Assembly (NCBI GenBank): GCA_030433355.1
Contig: JAUIMG010000004.1
Span: 76,260-140,259 of the forward strand
DNA: 64,000 nt
Origin: Bacteroidia bacterium
GTDB taxonomy: Bacteria; Bacteroidota; Bacteroidia; Flavobacteriales_E; Vicingaceae
Direction: 5' to 3'
Made by a program: the position numbers and the translations under genes. Positions 10,540 to 21,067 of the stretch are shown here, in pieces (position 1 is the first letter of the stretch; each line of letters opens with the position of its first letter). Below the pieces are notes generated by a model. That model ran no database searches. It was given only the letters and a program-made list of their open reading frames with translations, and was not told where the DNA came from.

Positions 10540-11286
10540 TTACCAGTCTTTTTCAATATTAACATCAATTTCTTTCCCCTTTTTCTTCTTCAATTTCTCT
10601 TGAATTTCCTTTTCTTTATTGTTCAACGCTTCTAGAATTCTTTCAGCATCCTCTCTAGACATTTCTTGTTCTTTCTGCTGCTGCTGTTGCTGTTGTTGTT
10701 CTTCTTCCTGTTGTTCTTGCTCTTGCTCCTGTTGTTCCTGCTGCTCTTGTTGTTCCTGCTCTTGTTCTTCTTGATTTTCTTGCTTATCCTGTTGTTCTTG
10801 ATCTTGTTTTTCCTCTTGCTGCTCTTGTTCTTGCTCTTGTTGCTGTTGTTCTTGTTGTTGTTGTTGCAACATTTGTTGCGCATAAGCTAGATTGTAGCGA
10901 CTATCTTCATCTTGTGGATTATTGATTAAAGCATTTTTATAAGCATTAACACTTTCTTCAAATTTTTGGTTTTTTAAAAGTGAATTTCCAAGGTTATGGA
11001 ATGCTTTTGATTTACTTGCTTTATCTTCTGCTTTGTTAACAGCATTTTGATAATACTTGGCAGCTTCTTCATATTTCCCTTGTCTGTAGAGGGTGTTTCC
11101 TAAATTATAGTTAGATTCTAATAAATCACTCTCTTTAGACAAACTCTCTCTATACCTATTTTCAGCGGCAATAAATATGTTGTTTTTGTACTCTTGGTTA
11201 CCTTCTCTAACATCATAATATGCCGACTGCCCAAAATCTTCTAATGGTATGAGGATCAATAATATGTAAAACAGTTTATACTTCAT
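10540..11286 (-). CDS. batC: BatC-like TPR protein with a long Gln/Glu-rich tract
   Basis: TPR repeats (YNLGNTLYRQGKYEEAAKYYQNA) followed by about 68 aa made almost entirely of Q and E. Confidence 0.7.
   Translation of the reverse strand: MKYKLFYILLILIPLEDFGQSAYYDVREGNQEYKNNIFIAAENRYRESLSKESDLLESNYNLGNTLYRQGKYEEAAKYYQNAVNKAEDKASKSKAFHNLGNSLLKNQKFEESVNAYKNALINNPQDEDSRYNLAYAQQMLQQQQQEQQQQEQEQEQQEEKQDQEQQDKQENQEEQEQEQQEQQEQQEQEQEQQEEEQQQQQQQQKEQEMSREDAERILEALNNKEKEIQEKLKKKKGKEIDVNIEKDW
10663..10866 (-). repeat. Low-complexity CAA/CAG/GAA/GAG codon tract inside batC
   Basis: The + strand reads (CTG/TTG/CTC/TTC)n and encodes residues 141-208 QQQQQEQQQQEQEQEQQEE.... Confidence 0.9.
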
Positions 11287-12314
11287 GATTCAAAAAGATT
11301 TAGCCTTTCTTTCCACTTGCTTTTCTTTTCATTTATAGACAGACTTAGTAGGAAGAAGAAGAGAGCTGCTCCTAAGAAAAATTGGAATCTATCTTCGTAA
11401 TCGGTATATACTTGACTTTCAAATTCTGTTTTCTCTAAGCCGGATAAAACATCTAATATTCTATCAAAACCCGCATTAGAATTAGTAGCTCGTATGTACA
11501 GACCTTCTCCAGCAGTAGCAATTTCACTTAACATTTCTTCATTTAAGCTACTAACCACCGTATTTCCATTGCCATCTTGTCTAAAACCAATTTGTTCTCC
11601 TCTTTTAAATACCGGAATTGGTGCACCTATGGGAGTACCCATTCCAATAGTAAATATTTTGATGCCTTTCTGTCTGGCTTCTTCTGCAGCCGCTATAGCG
11701 TCATCTTCATGGTTTTCCCCATCAGTTACTATAATCAAAGCCTTATTCCCACCTTGCTCGTAATCAAAAGACTCCATGGCCAATTCAATGGCAGATCCAA
11801 TTGCAGTTCCTTGTGTAGGAACTATGTCCGTATCAATAGTATTTAAAAATAATTTAGCTGCAGCATAATCTGTTGTTATTGGTAATTGTGTGTAGGCTTG
11901 ACCTGCAAAAACGATAATTCCTAAGCGGTCACTCTTTAGCTCATTAAGTAGCTGAAGCATTGCTCTTTTAGCCCTTTCTAAGCGGTTTGGACTTAAATCC
12001 TCAGCTTTCATGCTATTGGAGACATCTAAAGCAACAATAAGATCAATACCTTCTCTTTTTACCTCTTCTAGCTTAGATCCGATTTGTGGATTAGAAATTC
12101 CTACAATAAGAAGTAAGTATGCTAATAGGAATAAGTAAAACTTTGTTTTGTACTTTGCATTGGAGTAGGAGGGCATTAATTGGTTCATTAAAGCATGCTC
12201 AGCAAATCTTTTTCTAGCCTTTTTCCGCCAAGTATTTACAAAATAAAAACCCAATAGCATGAGCGGTATTAGTGCTAATCCCCATAAGACCCATGTATGT
12301 TCAAATCGATACAT
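11283..12314 (-). CDS. batB: VWA domain protein BatB
   Basis: N-terminal TM helices and a VWA MIDAS motif (ALDVSNSM). Confidence 0.8.
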   Translation of the reverse strand: MYRFEHTWVLWGLALIPLMLLGFYFVNTWRKKARKRFAEHALMNQLMPSYSNAKYKTKFYLFLLAYLLLIVGISNPQIGSKLEEVKREGIDLIVALDVSNSMKAEDLSPNRLERAKRAMLQLLNELKSDRLGIIVFAGQAYTQLPITTDYAAAKLFLNTIDTDIVPTQGTAIGSAIELAMESFDYEQGGNKALIIVTDGENHEDDAIAAAEEARQKGIKIFTIGMGTPIGAPIPVFKRGEQIGFRQDGNGNTVVSSLNEEMLSEIATAGEGLYIRATNSNAGFDRILDVLSGLEKTEFESQVYTDYEDRFQFFLGAALFFFLLSLSINEKKSKWKERLNLFES

Positions 12315-13321
12315 TAATTCAAGGATTTTAACAGTGTGTTTTTTAAAGTAAAATCAACAAGGAGTAAAATAGCTGCAATCATGGCAAAAGGGAAGAATTC
12401 TTCTTTCTTTTTGCGATACTCAGTAACTTCAATTTTAGATTTTTCCAATTGATCGATTTCTGCATAAATTGCTTCTAAACTTCTGTTATTAGTAGCTCTA
12501 TAGTATTTTCCACCAGTTTTTTGTGCTATTTCTTTCATGGTTGGTTCATCAATTTTTACCTCTACATTTTGATAGGCAATTGTTCCAAAGCCTGTTTTAA
12601 AAGGGTAGGGGGCTTTTCCATTAGTTCCTAAACCTATGGTGTAAGTTCTTACTCCAAATTCTCTTGCAATTTCAGCTGCGGTTAAAGGTGGTACAGATCC
12701 TTTGGTATTAAATCCATCAGTTAATAGAATAACTACCTTGCTTTTCGCATCACTGTCTCTTAAACGATTCACAGCTGTTGCTAAGCCTAATCCGATAGCC
12801 GTGCCATCTTCAATCATACCGTTTTTTACATCTTTAAAAAGATTTTTTAATACTGCATGGTCGGTAGTTAAAGGCGATTGTGTAAAACTCTCGCCACTGA
12901 ATGTTACCAAGCCAATACGGTCATTAGGTCTAGAGCTAATAAAATCCATGGCAACATTCTTCGATGCTTCCAGTCTATTGGGTTTTAAATCCTCTGCCAA
13001 CATACTTCCAGAAATGTCCATGGCTATTACTATGTCAATACCTTCGGTAGTTACATCTTGCCAGCTTAAAGAAGATTGAGGTCGAGCAAGTGCTACTATT
13101 AACAAGGATAAAGCAATTAAACTTAAAACAATAGGAAGGTGTCTAACAAATCGAATGATTTCTGCACTTTGGTCTGGTAAAAACTTTGTGGCAGAAAATT
13201 GTACATTTGCTTTATTCTTTCTCAATTTAAAGAAATAGAATAGCAGCATTAGCGGTATAATCGCAAAAAGCACAAATAGCTCTGGGTTAGCAAATTGTAT
13301 ATCGTTCCACCAACGTATCAT
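12314..13321 (-). CDS. batA: VWA domain protein BatA
   Basis: N-terminal TM helices, VWA MIDAS motif (AMDISGSM), and a C-terminal TM helix. Confidence 0.8.
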   Translation of the reverse strand: MIRWWNDIQFANPELFVLFAIIPLMLLFYFFKLRKNKANVQFSATKFLPDQSAEIIRFVRHLPIVLSLIALSLLIVALARPQSSLSWQDVTTEGIDIVIAMDISGSMLAEDLKPNRLEASKNVAMDFISSRPNDRIGLVTFSGESFTQSPLTTDHAVLKNLFKDVKNGMIEDGTAIGLGLATAVNRLRDSDAKSKVVILLTDGFNTKGSVPPLTAAEIAREFGVRTYTIGLGTNGKAPYPFKTGFGTIAYQNVEVKIDEPTMKEIAQKTGGKYYRATNNRSLEAIYAEIDQLEKSKIEVTEYRKKKEEFFPFAMIAAILLLVDFTLKNTLLKSLN

Positions 13322-14274
13322 TCTTTTATTTCCTCCTCTTTATCTTCTTCCGTAACAACAATCTTTGTTGCCTCCACAAATTCAAAGGCATAACGAAGTG
13401 CTTCTTCATTCTCTGATGCCAAAGGATTTTGTTTCGCAAACTTGGCCATGTCTGATAGGCTTAATATTTTATGCAATTTTTTTCTTTCGTTTTCTTCTAA
13501 ATCTAATTGGGGTAATTGCATTAAAATCTCTTCTGTAGAAAGCTCTAAGGCCATAAAGCGAAATCTATTTTCCAAGTACTCTCGTACAATAAAAGATAGC
13601 TCCGAATAATAAGCCTTTGTTTCTCCCTTTTGCCATAGCTCCATCGAGCTTAATTCTTCCAATTTCCTTCTGGCAACAATGTCAGCTTCTTCCTTAGGAA
13701 CTTGAATTTCTTCAACTACTTCTTTGTTTTTATATCTTTTGTAGAGGTACCAAGCAAGAAGCAGTAAAAGTATAATTCCAACTATGGAAAGTAAGATGAC
13801 TCTATTTGCAATAATCCAGTCGCTTATAGAGAATGGAACCTCCATGATGTCTTTGATGTCTTTTATATCCTCTTCTGGAGTAATATTTACCGAATTCACT
13901 TCCAATAAAAGCGCTTCCGTTTGCAAGGTATCTCCATTTAGAATTAGTTGAAATGGTTTAATGGCGTAATACCCACTATCCCAAGAGGTAACTTTTACTT
14001 CTTGCTTAAAATATTGAACAGTAACATCTTCTTCATCAAAAGTGGTGTCGATATTGCCGACTTGAACAATTTCAATGAACTTGCTGATGGTATCTCTTAG
14101 CTCAGGGAATTGAATGCTATTATTTCCTACGGTATTTTCTAGTTCAAGCGTAATTGTACATTGCTCTCCAATCTTAATTTGCTCCTTGTCTATAGTAGCC
14201 CTGAATTCTTGTGCAACTAAGGAATTGAGGCCAATAATTAAAAGAAAAAGTATGCTGTATCTTATCCCTTTCAT
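13318..14274 (-). CDS. DUF4381-like membrane protein of the Bat operon
   Basis: Signal peptide, a mid-protein TM helix, and a C-terminal LSLSDMAKFAKQNP-type motif. Sits between the DUF58 gene and batA. Confidence 0.55.
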   Translation of the reverse strand: MKGIRYSILFLLIIGLNSLVAQEFRATIDKEQIKIGEQCTITLELENTVGNNSIQFPELRDTISKFIEIVQVGNIDTTFDEEDVTVQYFKQEVKVTSWDSGYYAIKPFQLILNGDTLQTEALLLEVNSVNITPEEDIKDIKDIMEVPFSISDWIIANRVILLSIVGIILLLLLAWYLYKRYKNKEVVEEIQVPKEEADIVARRKLEELSSMELWQKGETKAYYSELSFIVREYLENRFRFMALELSTEEILMQLPQLDLEENERKKLHKILSLSDMAKFAKQNPLASENEEALRYAFEFVEATKIVVTEEDKEEEIKE

Positions 14275-15164
14275 CTTTTGCTTTCTCTTCTTTTAAATAG
14301 ATTCATCAGCGGAGCTACATACGATTGATGTGTTCCAATTTTTGCAAGATCAACACCGCTTTTTCTGAGGGTTTCTTCAATTTCTTTCTGCTGTTTTAAA
14401 GCATTTGCCTTAAATGCTGTTCTATTCCTTTTAGAGGAGCTGTTGAACCAAAATTGCTGTTTTGTTTCTGGGTCTACCATTTGAATTAGACCAACATTTG
14501 GAATCTCTTGTTCTCTCTCATCATAAATTTGCAGACCGATGATATCGTGCTTTTTGTTGGCAATTTTTAATTCATTGCTAAAGTCGTCTGCTAAAAAGTC
14601 TGAGATTAAAAATGCAGTGCATCTTTTCTTAATTACGGAAGTGAAATATTTCAATGCCTCCTTGATATTGGTTCCTTGGTGTTCTGGTTCAAAGTCGATT
14701 AACTCTCTAATAATCATTAATATATGACTCTTACCTTTTTTTGGTGGAATAAACTTCTCTATTTGATCGCTAAAGAAGATTACTCCCACCTTATCGTTAT
14801 TATGAATGGCCGAGAAGGCGAGAACAGCACATAATTCGGTTACCAGTTCTTGTTTTAATTGCTTTGTAGAGCCGAAGTTTTTAGAACCACTCATATCCAC
14901 AAGTAACATAACGGTCATTTCCCTTTCTTCTTCAAAAACCTTAATATAAGGGTGGTTGAAGCGGGCAGTAACATTCCAATCTATCGTTCTAATCTCATCT
15001 CCAATTTGGTATTCTCTCACCTCGCTAAAGGCCATACCTCTTCCTTTGAAGGCAGAATGATATTCTCCAGAGAAAATTTGATTGCTCAATCCCCTGGTTT
15101 TAATTTCTATCTTCCTTACCTTCTTAAGTAAATCTTGTGTATTTCTAGTTTTTTGAGCTGCCAA
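14271..15164 (-). CDS. DUF58 domain protein (MoxR partner)
   Basis: Typical DUF58 core FKGRGMAFSEVREYQIGDEIRTIDW, immediately downstream of the MoxR ATPase gene. Confidence 0.85.
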   Translation of the reverse strand: MAAQKTRNTQDLLKKVRKIEIKTRGLSNQIFSGEYHSAFKGRGMAFSEVREYQIGDEIRTIDWNVTARFNHPYIKVFEEEREMTVMLLVDMSGSKNFGSTKQLKQELVTELCAVLAFSAIHNNDKVGVIFFSDQIEKFIPPKKGKSHILMIIRELIDFEPEHQGTNIKEALKYFTSVIKKRCTAFLISDFLADDFSNELKIANKKHDIIGLQIYDEREQEIPNVGLIQMVDPETKQQFWFNSSSKRNRTAFKANALKQQKEIEETLRKSGVDLAKIGTHQSYVAPLMNLFKRRESKR

Positions 15165-15174
15165 GGGAAACTAA

Positions 15175-16224
15175 TTAAGGAACTTCAACTGCATTTAAAA
15201 TTTCATTGATAATATCCTCAGAAGTCATGTTTTCGGCTTCTGCTTCGTAACTAAGACCAATTCTATGTCTTAATACATCCTTTGCAATACCTCTAATGTC
15301 TTCCGGTATTACATAACCTCGTCGCTTTATAAAAGCGAATGCTTTAGAGGCTTTGGCAAGACTGATACTAGCTCTTGGAGAAGCACCAAAGGATATTAAA
15401 TCTTTTAAGTGTGCTAAACCATAATCTTCCGGATTTCTTGTTGCAAATACAATATCGATAATGTATTTTTCAATCTTCTCATCCATGTATACCTCTTTAA
15501 CCGTTTCTCTAGCCTTTAAAATATCGGCAGGCTTTAAAACTTCTTTGGCTTTAGGCATTCCACCTTTCGAAAGATTATGTCTAATGATTAATTGTTCTTC
15601 TTCTTTTTTAGGATAGTCTAAAACTACCTTCAACATAAATCGGTCGACTTGCGCTTCTGGAAGTGGATAGGTACCTTCTTGTTCTACTGGGTTTTGTGTA
15701 GCTAGCACTAAAAATGGCTTAGGCAAATCAAATGTATTTTCACCAATCGTTACTTGCTTCTCTTGCATTGCTTCTAATAGAGCCGATTGCACTTTTGCAG
15801 GTGCTCTGTTAATTTCATCGGCTAAAACAAAGTTGGCGAAAATAGGACCTTTCTTGATGGTGAATTCTTCATTCTTCTGACTGTAAATCATCGTTCCCAA
15901 TAAATCAGCGGGTAATAAGTCTGGAGTAAACTGTATTCTACTAAAATCACCTTGCACTGTATCTGCCAGGGTGTTAATGGCTAAAGTTTTTGCCAATCCA
16001 GGAACACCTTCTAAAAGAATGTGACCATCAGAAAGTAAACCAATCAGCAATCGCTCAACCATTTGCTTCTGGCCAACAATTACTTTGTTCATTTCCATGG
16101 TAAGGAGATCTACGAATGAACTCTCCTTTTCTATCTTTTCATTAAGCGCTTTAATATCTACTGTTGATGCAGTATTCGTCGTGTTTTCGGTCTTAATTTC
16201 GGGACTTAGATTTCCTTCTTCCAT
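15175..16224 (-). CDS. MoxR-family AAA+ ATPase
   Basis: Walker A GVPGLAKT and Walker B LADEINRAPAK. It is the first gene of the Bat operon. Confidence 0.9.
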   Translation of the reverse strand: MEEGNLSPEIKTENTTNTASTVDIKALNEKIEKESSFVDLLTMEMNKVIVGQKQMVERLLIGLLSDGHILLEGVPGLAKTLAINTLADTVQGDFSRIQFTPDLLPADLLGTMIYSQKNEEFTIKKGPIFANFVLADEINRAPAKVQSALLEAMQEKQVTIGENTFDLPKPFLVLATQNPVEQEGTYPLPEAQVDRFMLKVVLDYPKKEEEQLIIRHNLSKGGMPKAKEVLKPADILKARETVKEVYMDEKIEKYIIDIVFATRNPEDYGLAHLKDLISFGASPRASISLAKASKAFAFIKRRGYVIPEDIRGIAKDVLRHRIGLSYEAEAENMTSEDIINEILNAVEVP

Positions 16225-16311
16225 ACTTTATCTAATTTTGGGTTCAAATGTAAGTAGGTGCTAACTTAGGAGCTTGTTGTCGCTGTTAATTATTGTTAAG
16301 AATACATAGCT

Positions 16312-16764
16312 ATGGATGTTAAAAAAATCAAACGTTTTCAGGGGGTAGATGATGCCCTTTTTTCTAAGTGTAGAAGTATCAGAGAGATAGTATTTATTGT
16401 AGAGCAAGAAGTGGAAGAGGACGAAGAATTTGATGAGTTTGAAGATTCTAGTTATCACTTTTTATTGGAAGTGAATAATGAAGCTATAGGAACTGCTCGA
16501 TGGAGAAGAATAGGAGAGAAAATAAAGTTAGAGCGTTTTGCCATCTTGAAAGATTACAGAAACAAGGGTTTGGGAGAATTTCTGGTGAGAGAAGTGGTGA
16601 AAGACGTTTTGGCGAATAGGAAAAATAAGGAGATTATGTATTTACATGCTCAACTTAAAGCTATTCCTTTGTATAGCCGTTGTGGATTTAAGCAAGTAGG
16701 GGACTTATTTTTAGAGTGTAATATCAAACATTACAAAATGGTTTATTCTAATGAATCATTTTGA
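16312..16764 (+). CDS. GNAT family N-acetyltransferase
   Basis: 150 aa carrying an acetyl-CoA-binding-type motif (RNKGLGEFLV). Confidence 0.75.
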   Translation: MDVKKIKRFQGVDDALFSKCRSIREIVFIVEQEVEEDEEFDEFEDSSYHFLLEVNNEAIGTARWRRIGEKIKLERFAILKDYRNKGLGEFLVREVVKDVLANRKNKEIMYLHAQLKAIPLYSRCGFKQVGDLFLECNIKHYKMVYSNESF

Positions 16765-16785
16765 TGAATTAGTTGTTATAGAATT

Positions 16786-17316
16786 ATGGAATACGCAACA
16801 TTTGGATCAGGATGCTTTTGGTGTACAGAAGCAATATTTAATCAGTTAAAAGGAGTAAGTAAGGTAATCTCCGGCTATAGTGGAGGTAAGATTTCTAATC
16901 CAACTTACCGAGAAGTTTGTAGCGGTTTAACTGGGCATGCAGAAGTAGTGCATATTGAATTTGACCCTGCTGTTATTAGTTATGAGGAGCTCCTTAGTAT
17001 TTTTTGGAGAACACACGATCCAACAACCTTAAACAGACAGGGAGCAGATAAGGGAACACAATATCGTTCTGTGGTTTTCTATCATTCAGAAGAACAAAAA
17101 GAATTGGCAGAGAAAATTAAGGTAGATTTAGATGCTTCAGGGGCTTTCGATAATCCTATTGTAACAGAGATAACTGCTTTCGATAAGTTTTATGCAGCCG
17201 AAGACTACCATCAAAATTATTTTGAGAATAATCCAGAACAGGCTTATTGCCAAGCAGTGGTAAGACCTAAGGTGGAGAAATTCGAAAAAGTTTTTGCAGA
17301 TAGATTGAAGGCTTAA
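16786..17316 (+). CDS. msrA: Peptide-methionine (S)-S-oxide reductase
   Basis: Active site GSGCFWC, plus the GHAEVV and YHQNYF motifs. Confidence 0.9.
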   Translation: MEYATFGSGCFWCTEAIFNQLKGVSKVISGYSGGKISNPTYREVCSGLTGHAEVVHIEFDPAVISYEELLSIFWRTHDPTTLNRQGADKGTQYRSVVFYHSEEQKELAEKIKVDLDASGAFDNPIVTEITAFDKFYAAEDYHQNYFENNPEQAYCQAVVRPKVEKFEKVFADRLKA

Positions 17317-17885
17317 GTTTTTAAAGCGTTGGAAAGACATTTTTCAATTTGAAGCATATGTCTTGTATTGTGTCCGATAATAAAGCCCAATGCGTCACCT
17401 AGTTTTAATCTCAGCATAGGAATTGCGGTTTGCGACTTTACCTTAAAGGTGTTTTTTGTTAAGGCTTCCTCGCAAATTTTTATGGTTTCCTCATTGGATT
17501 GTAAGAATTTCTCAATAGAATCTTTCTCCAGTTTAAATTGAAAAGGGTTCTTGCTTTTAAAGGTGTTCATTTTTTTGATTTTCCCAGCACTATCCGGATT
17601 CATCATTTTTATGAATTTTCCTCCCATAAATCCGTGCTTTACAGGAAAGTCTTGCTTTAAAGCAGGGGCTTTGTGGATGGCGGATTTCATATTCTTTCCG
17701 TAAAGAGAAGAGTAGTACCATAAATGTTCATAACATTCTAAGATATTCCAAGCATCCTTATTTGGTCTTGCTTTTAATAGCGTGATATCTAATTCAGCTA
17801 TTTCTTTGGTTCTATTTTGAATCTTAATGGATTCTTCCAAGAGGCTTTGTATGTAAGTTGTATATTCCATTTCTTTTTTTAACAA
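17313..17885 (-). CDS. DinB-like family protein (tentative)
   Basis: Helical protein of about 190 aa with a C-terminal GHNTRHMLQIE-type histidine motif. This is a weak assignment made by eye. Confidence 0.4.
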   Translation of the reverse strand: MLKKEMEYTTYIQSLLEESIKIQNRTKEIAELDITLLKARPNKDAWNILECYEHLWYYSSLYGKNMKSAIHKAPALKQDFPVKHGFMGGKFIKMMNPDSAGKIKKMNTFKSKNPFQFKLEKDSIEKFLQSNEETIKICEEALTKNTFKVKSQTAIPMLRLKLGDALGFIIGHNTRHMLQIEKCLSNALKT

Positions 17886-17922
17886 AGGTGAATAGAATCA
17901 TTTCCCCGAATATTGATTCAAA

Positions 17923-18477
17923 TCAAGAATTCAACAATCTGCTTAAAGTTTCTGCACTCATTCTTAAGTAAGCAGCAATGTATTTGTGTGGTACCTCTTG
18001 AAATACTTGCGGACTTCTTTCTAAAACTCTTTTTAATCTTTTCGCCGGATCTTTTTGTAGAATATCAATTTCTCTTTCGTAAAAAGTGGCTATCAAGTCC
18101 TTTAGTAAAGCATTGTAGTAACTTAAACTCTTTACACTTTCCTGCATCACTTTTTCAAAATCTATTTTCTTAGCACGGTAGAGGGTAGATTTTCTTAATG
18201 CTTCTATGTAAATATCGGTTGGTTGTTCGTTAAAAAAGGAGGGAATAGCTGCGATGATTGAATTTTTATAGCCGAAGCGAATGGTATGTTCCTCCTCATC
18301 CACATAGGTGTATGCTCTTAAGGCTCCTGAAACAACATAGTACAGATATTTTTCTGTTTGACCGGCTTTGATAAGAAAATCGCCTCGTTTAAGCTCTAAG
18401 GCTTTCCATTCAATTTCTTTGAATACTTCCAGAGGGTTTATACTTGAGGTAAAGGCTTTGGGGTTCTTTTGTTCCAA
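17923..18477 (-). CDS. Crp/Fnr family transcriptional regulator
   Basis: cNMP-binding-like N-terminus (FLIKAGQTEKYLYYVVSGALRAY) and a C-terminal HTH (IAAYLRMSAETLSRL). Confidence 0.75.
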   Translation of the reverse strand: MEQKNPKAFTSSINPLEVFKEIEWKALELKRGDFLIKAGQTEKYLYYVVSGALRAYTYVDEEEHTIRFGYKNSIIAAIPSFFNEQPTDIYIEALRKSTLYRAKKIDFEKVMQESVKSLSYYNALLKDLIATFYEREIDILQKDPAKRLKRVLERSPQVFQEVPHKYIAAYLRMSAETLSRLLNS

Positions 18478-18510
18478 TGTTTAGACTAAAAATGAAATTT
18501 AGTTAAATCT

Positions 18511-19410
18511 TTACAGCGGTTTTATTTTACTGAAGGAAGAATTCTTTTCTAAGTACCTTCTTAAAACACCTCCCTTAATGGTGTTTACATCATACTCTAC
18601 CATAAAGGCCTTTTCGTCTATATCTCCCACCAAATTGTGAATTTTTCGAATATCAATTCTGTTTATGATGGTATGTATGATTTTCATGTCGGAGCGCTTT
18701 CCTTGATTTCCGAAACCTTCTTCTCCTTTATAAACTGTAACACCAACACCCAGCTCATGGGTTAAGGCTTTAATAATTTCCTCATTCTTTCCGGAAATGA
18801 TTTTAACACCTATAAAGTCTTCGAAACCCTTCATGGTAAAATCGATTACTTTGGCGGTTACAACAAATGCGAGGGTAGAATAAAGGGCAGATTCAATTGA
18901 AATTAAAATAGCTGTGGCGGCAAATAAAAGAATATTGAAAATGAGTATGATTCTTCCTATGCTTAAGCCATAGCGGTCGTTTAAGAAAACACCCAAAATT
19001 TCTGAGCCATCCAGAACAGCTCCGTTTCTTATACTTAAGCCAATACCTGCTCCTAAACACAAACCACCAAAAAATGCTATTAAAAGCTTATCATCTGTTA
19101 TGGTAGTGAAGTTTTCGAAATGTATGAATAGGGCTAAAGCAAGTATGCTAAATAAGGACTTTAAGAGTACTCGTTTACTTAAAGTGAAGTATCCTAAAAG
19201 CAAGAAAGGCAAACTGAATACGATCAACAATAGCGAAATGTCTATGTCTACTAGTTTGTTGATTAAAATTGCGATACCTGTAACCCCTCCATCTAAAAAG
19301 CCATTCGGAAGAAGAAAAGCCTTTAGTCCTATACTAGCTAAAGTAATTCCAATTAAAATTTGTATTAATTCTGATAATCCGGCTTTAATTTCTTTTGCTC
19401 TTATTTTCAT
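18511..19410 (-). CDS. YitT family membrane protein (DUF2179 C-terminal domain)
   Basis: Multiple TM helices followed by a soluble C-terminal domain, an architecture typical of YitT. Confidence 0.7.
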   Translation of the reverse strand: MKIRAKEIKAGLSELIQILIGITLASIGLKAFLLPNGFLDGGVTGIAILINKLVDIDISLLLIVFSLPFLLLGYFTLSKRVLLKSLFSILALALFIHFENFTTITDDKLLIAFFGGLCLGAGIGLSIRNGAVLDGSEILGVFLNDRYGLSIGRIILIFNILLFAATAILISIESALYSTLAFVVTAKVIDFTMKGFEDFIGVKIISGKNEEIIKALTHELGVGVTVYKGEEGFGNQGKRSDMKIIHTIINRIDIRKIHNLVGDIDEKAFMVEYDVNTIKGGVLRRYLEKNSSFSKIKPL

Positions 19411-19582
19411 TGTGAAATATTAATGCTCTTTTTGACTCTTTATAAAATTGGACTTAAGAAAAAACAAAACTACATTTGCCATCCCAAAATAGGAAAATTT
19501 TACATTTAATTTTATTTATGTAAACCATAAAAAGAATAAATATATTCTAATACATATTTATATTTAATATTGCATTTAAATT

Positions 19583-21025
19583 ATGAGAAAAACAATTACA
19601 TACGCCAAAGGAGATGGAATAGGTCCTGAAATTATGGATGCAGCCATTAAAATTTTAAAAGCTGCTAATGCAGACTTAGAATATGAAGAAGTAGAAATAG
19701 GAGAGAAAGCCTATTTAAGTGGGAATACTTCAGGAATACCTAAGGAAGCTTGGGATAGTGTATTGAAAAATAGAGTATTCTTAAAGGCACCAATAACAAC
19801 CCCACAAGGTGGCGGTTACAAGAGTTTGAATGTTACTTTAAGAAAAACACTGGGCTTGTTTTCAAATGTTAGGCCTTGTAAAACGCTTACACCATATGTG
19901 CAATCAAAGCACCACATGGATTTGGTAATTGTAAGAGAAAATGAAGAGGATTTATATGCTGGGATTGAACACCAGCAAACCAATGAGGTAGTGCAGTGCT
20001 TGAAGTTAATTTCAAGACCAGGTTCCGAAAAAATTATTCGCTATGCTTTTGAATACGCTAAAGCACATGGCAGAAAGAAAGTAACTTGTTTGTCTAAAGA
20101 CAATATCATGAAGCAAACAGATGGTTTGTTTCATCAAGTATATAATGAAATTGGGGAAGAGTATCCAGAAATTGAAAAAGAGCACATGATTATTGATATA
20201 GGGGCTGCGCGTTTAGCAGATACTCCTGAGCATTTTGATGTGGTGGTAACTGCAAACCTTTACGGTGACGTAGTTTCTGATATAACTGCGCAAATTGCAG
20301 GTTCAGTTGGTTTAGCAGGTTCTTCTAATATTGGTGAAGATTTTGCCATGTTTGAAGCAATACATGGTTCTGCTCCTGACATTAAAGGACAAAATATTGC
20401 AAATCCTTCTGCATTAATCAACGCATCTGTAATGATGTTGAATTACTTAGGGCAGCCTAAAGTTGCTGAAAACATTCAGAATGCATGGTTATGTGCCATT
20501 GAAGAAGGGATCCATACGAAAGACATCTACAAAGAAGGAACTTCTTCTCAATTGGTTGGAACAAAAGAATTTGGTCAAGCAGTAATTGACCGTTTAGGCA
20601 AAATGCCACAGCATTTAGAGCCTGTTTCTTATCAAAATGTTACGGCTATTGAATTGCCTAAATACGATAGAAAAGAAGTAAGACAAAAAGATAAAGAGCT
20701 TGTTGGAGTTGATATGTTTGTTGATGATGCTGTTTTATCTCCAGATGATTTAGCTAAAAAACTACAAGCTTTAGATTCTAAGGAATTGAAATTATCTATG
20801 ATTACCAATAGAGGAGTTAAAGTATGGCCTGATGGTTTTAAAGAGACTTTCTGTACAGATCACTGGAGGTGTAGATTTACGCCTGAAGATGGAGTGAAAG
20901 TTAGTCCTAAAGACATTGTTTCTTTATTGGGAAAAGCAGCGGATGGCAATGTAGATGCAATAAAAACAGAAAACCTATACACCTTTGACGGAGTAAGAGC
21001 TTACTCATTAGGTCAAGGACAATAA
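19583..21025 (+). CDS. icd: NADP-dependent isocitrate dehydrogenase (480-aa form)
   Basis: Isocitrate/isopropylmalate dehydrogenase family motifs (NLYGDVVSD, GSAPDI). Confidence 0.85.
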   Translation: MRKTITYAKGDGIGPEIMDAAIKILKAANADLEYEEVEIGEKAYLSGNTSGIPKEAWDSVLKNRVFLKAPITTPQGGGYKSLNVTLRKTLGLFSNVRPCKTLTPYVQSKHHMDLVIVRENEEDLYAGIEHQQTNEVVQCLKLISRPGSEKIIRYAFEYAKAHGRKKVTCLSKDNIMKQTDGLFHQVYNEIGEEYPEIEKEHMIIDIGAARLADTPEHFDVVVTANLYGDVVSDITAQIAGSVGLAGSSNIGEDFAMFEAIHGSAPDIKGQNIANPSALINASVMMLNYLGQPKVAENIQNAWLCAIEEGIHTKDIYKEGTSSQLVGTKEFGQAVIDRLGKMPQHLEPVSYQNVTAIELPKYDRKEVRQKDKELVGVDMFVDDAVLSPDDLAKKLQALDSKELKLSMITNRGVKVWPDGFKETFCTDHWRCRFTPEDGVKVSPKDIVSLLGKAADGNVDAIKTENLYTFDGVRAYSLGQGQ

Positions 21026-21067
21026 TAGTAAAACACAAATTTTGGTTAGTTAGTGTGTTTTAATTGA

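Noticed and set aside
10632-10890. Two ORFs (83 aa rich in N/K/S, 74 aa rich in L/F) that overlap the batC repeat.
   Set aside because: They are alternative-frame or opposite-strand readings of the CAA/CAG/GAA/GAG tract. Only the Q/E frame continues into a TPR protein with a signal peptide.
16261-16458. Minus-strand 65-aa ORF between the moxR and GNAT genes.
   Set aside because: It overlaps the GNAT gene start on the opposite strand, has no motif and gives an AT-rich low-complexity translation.
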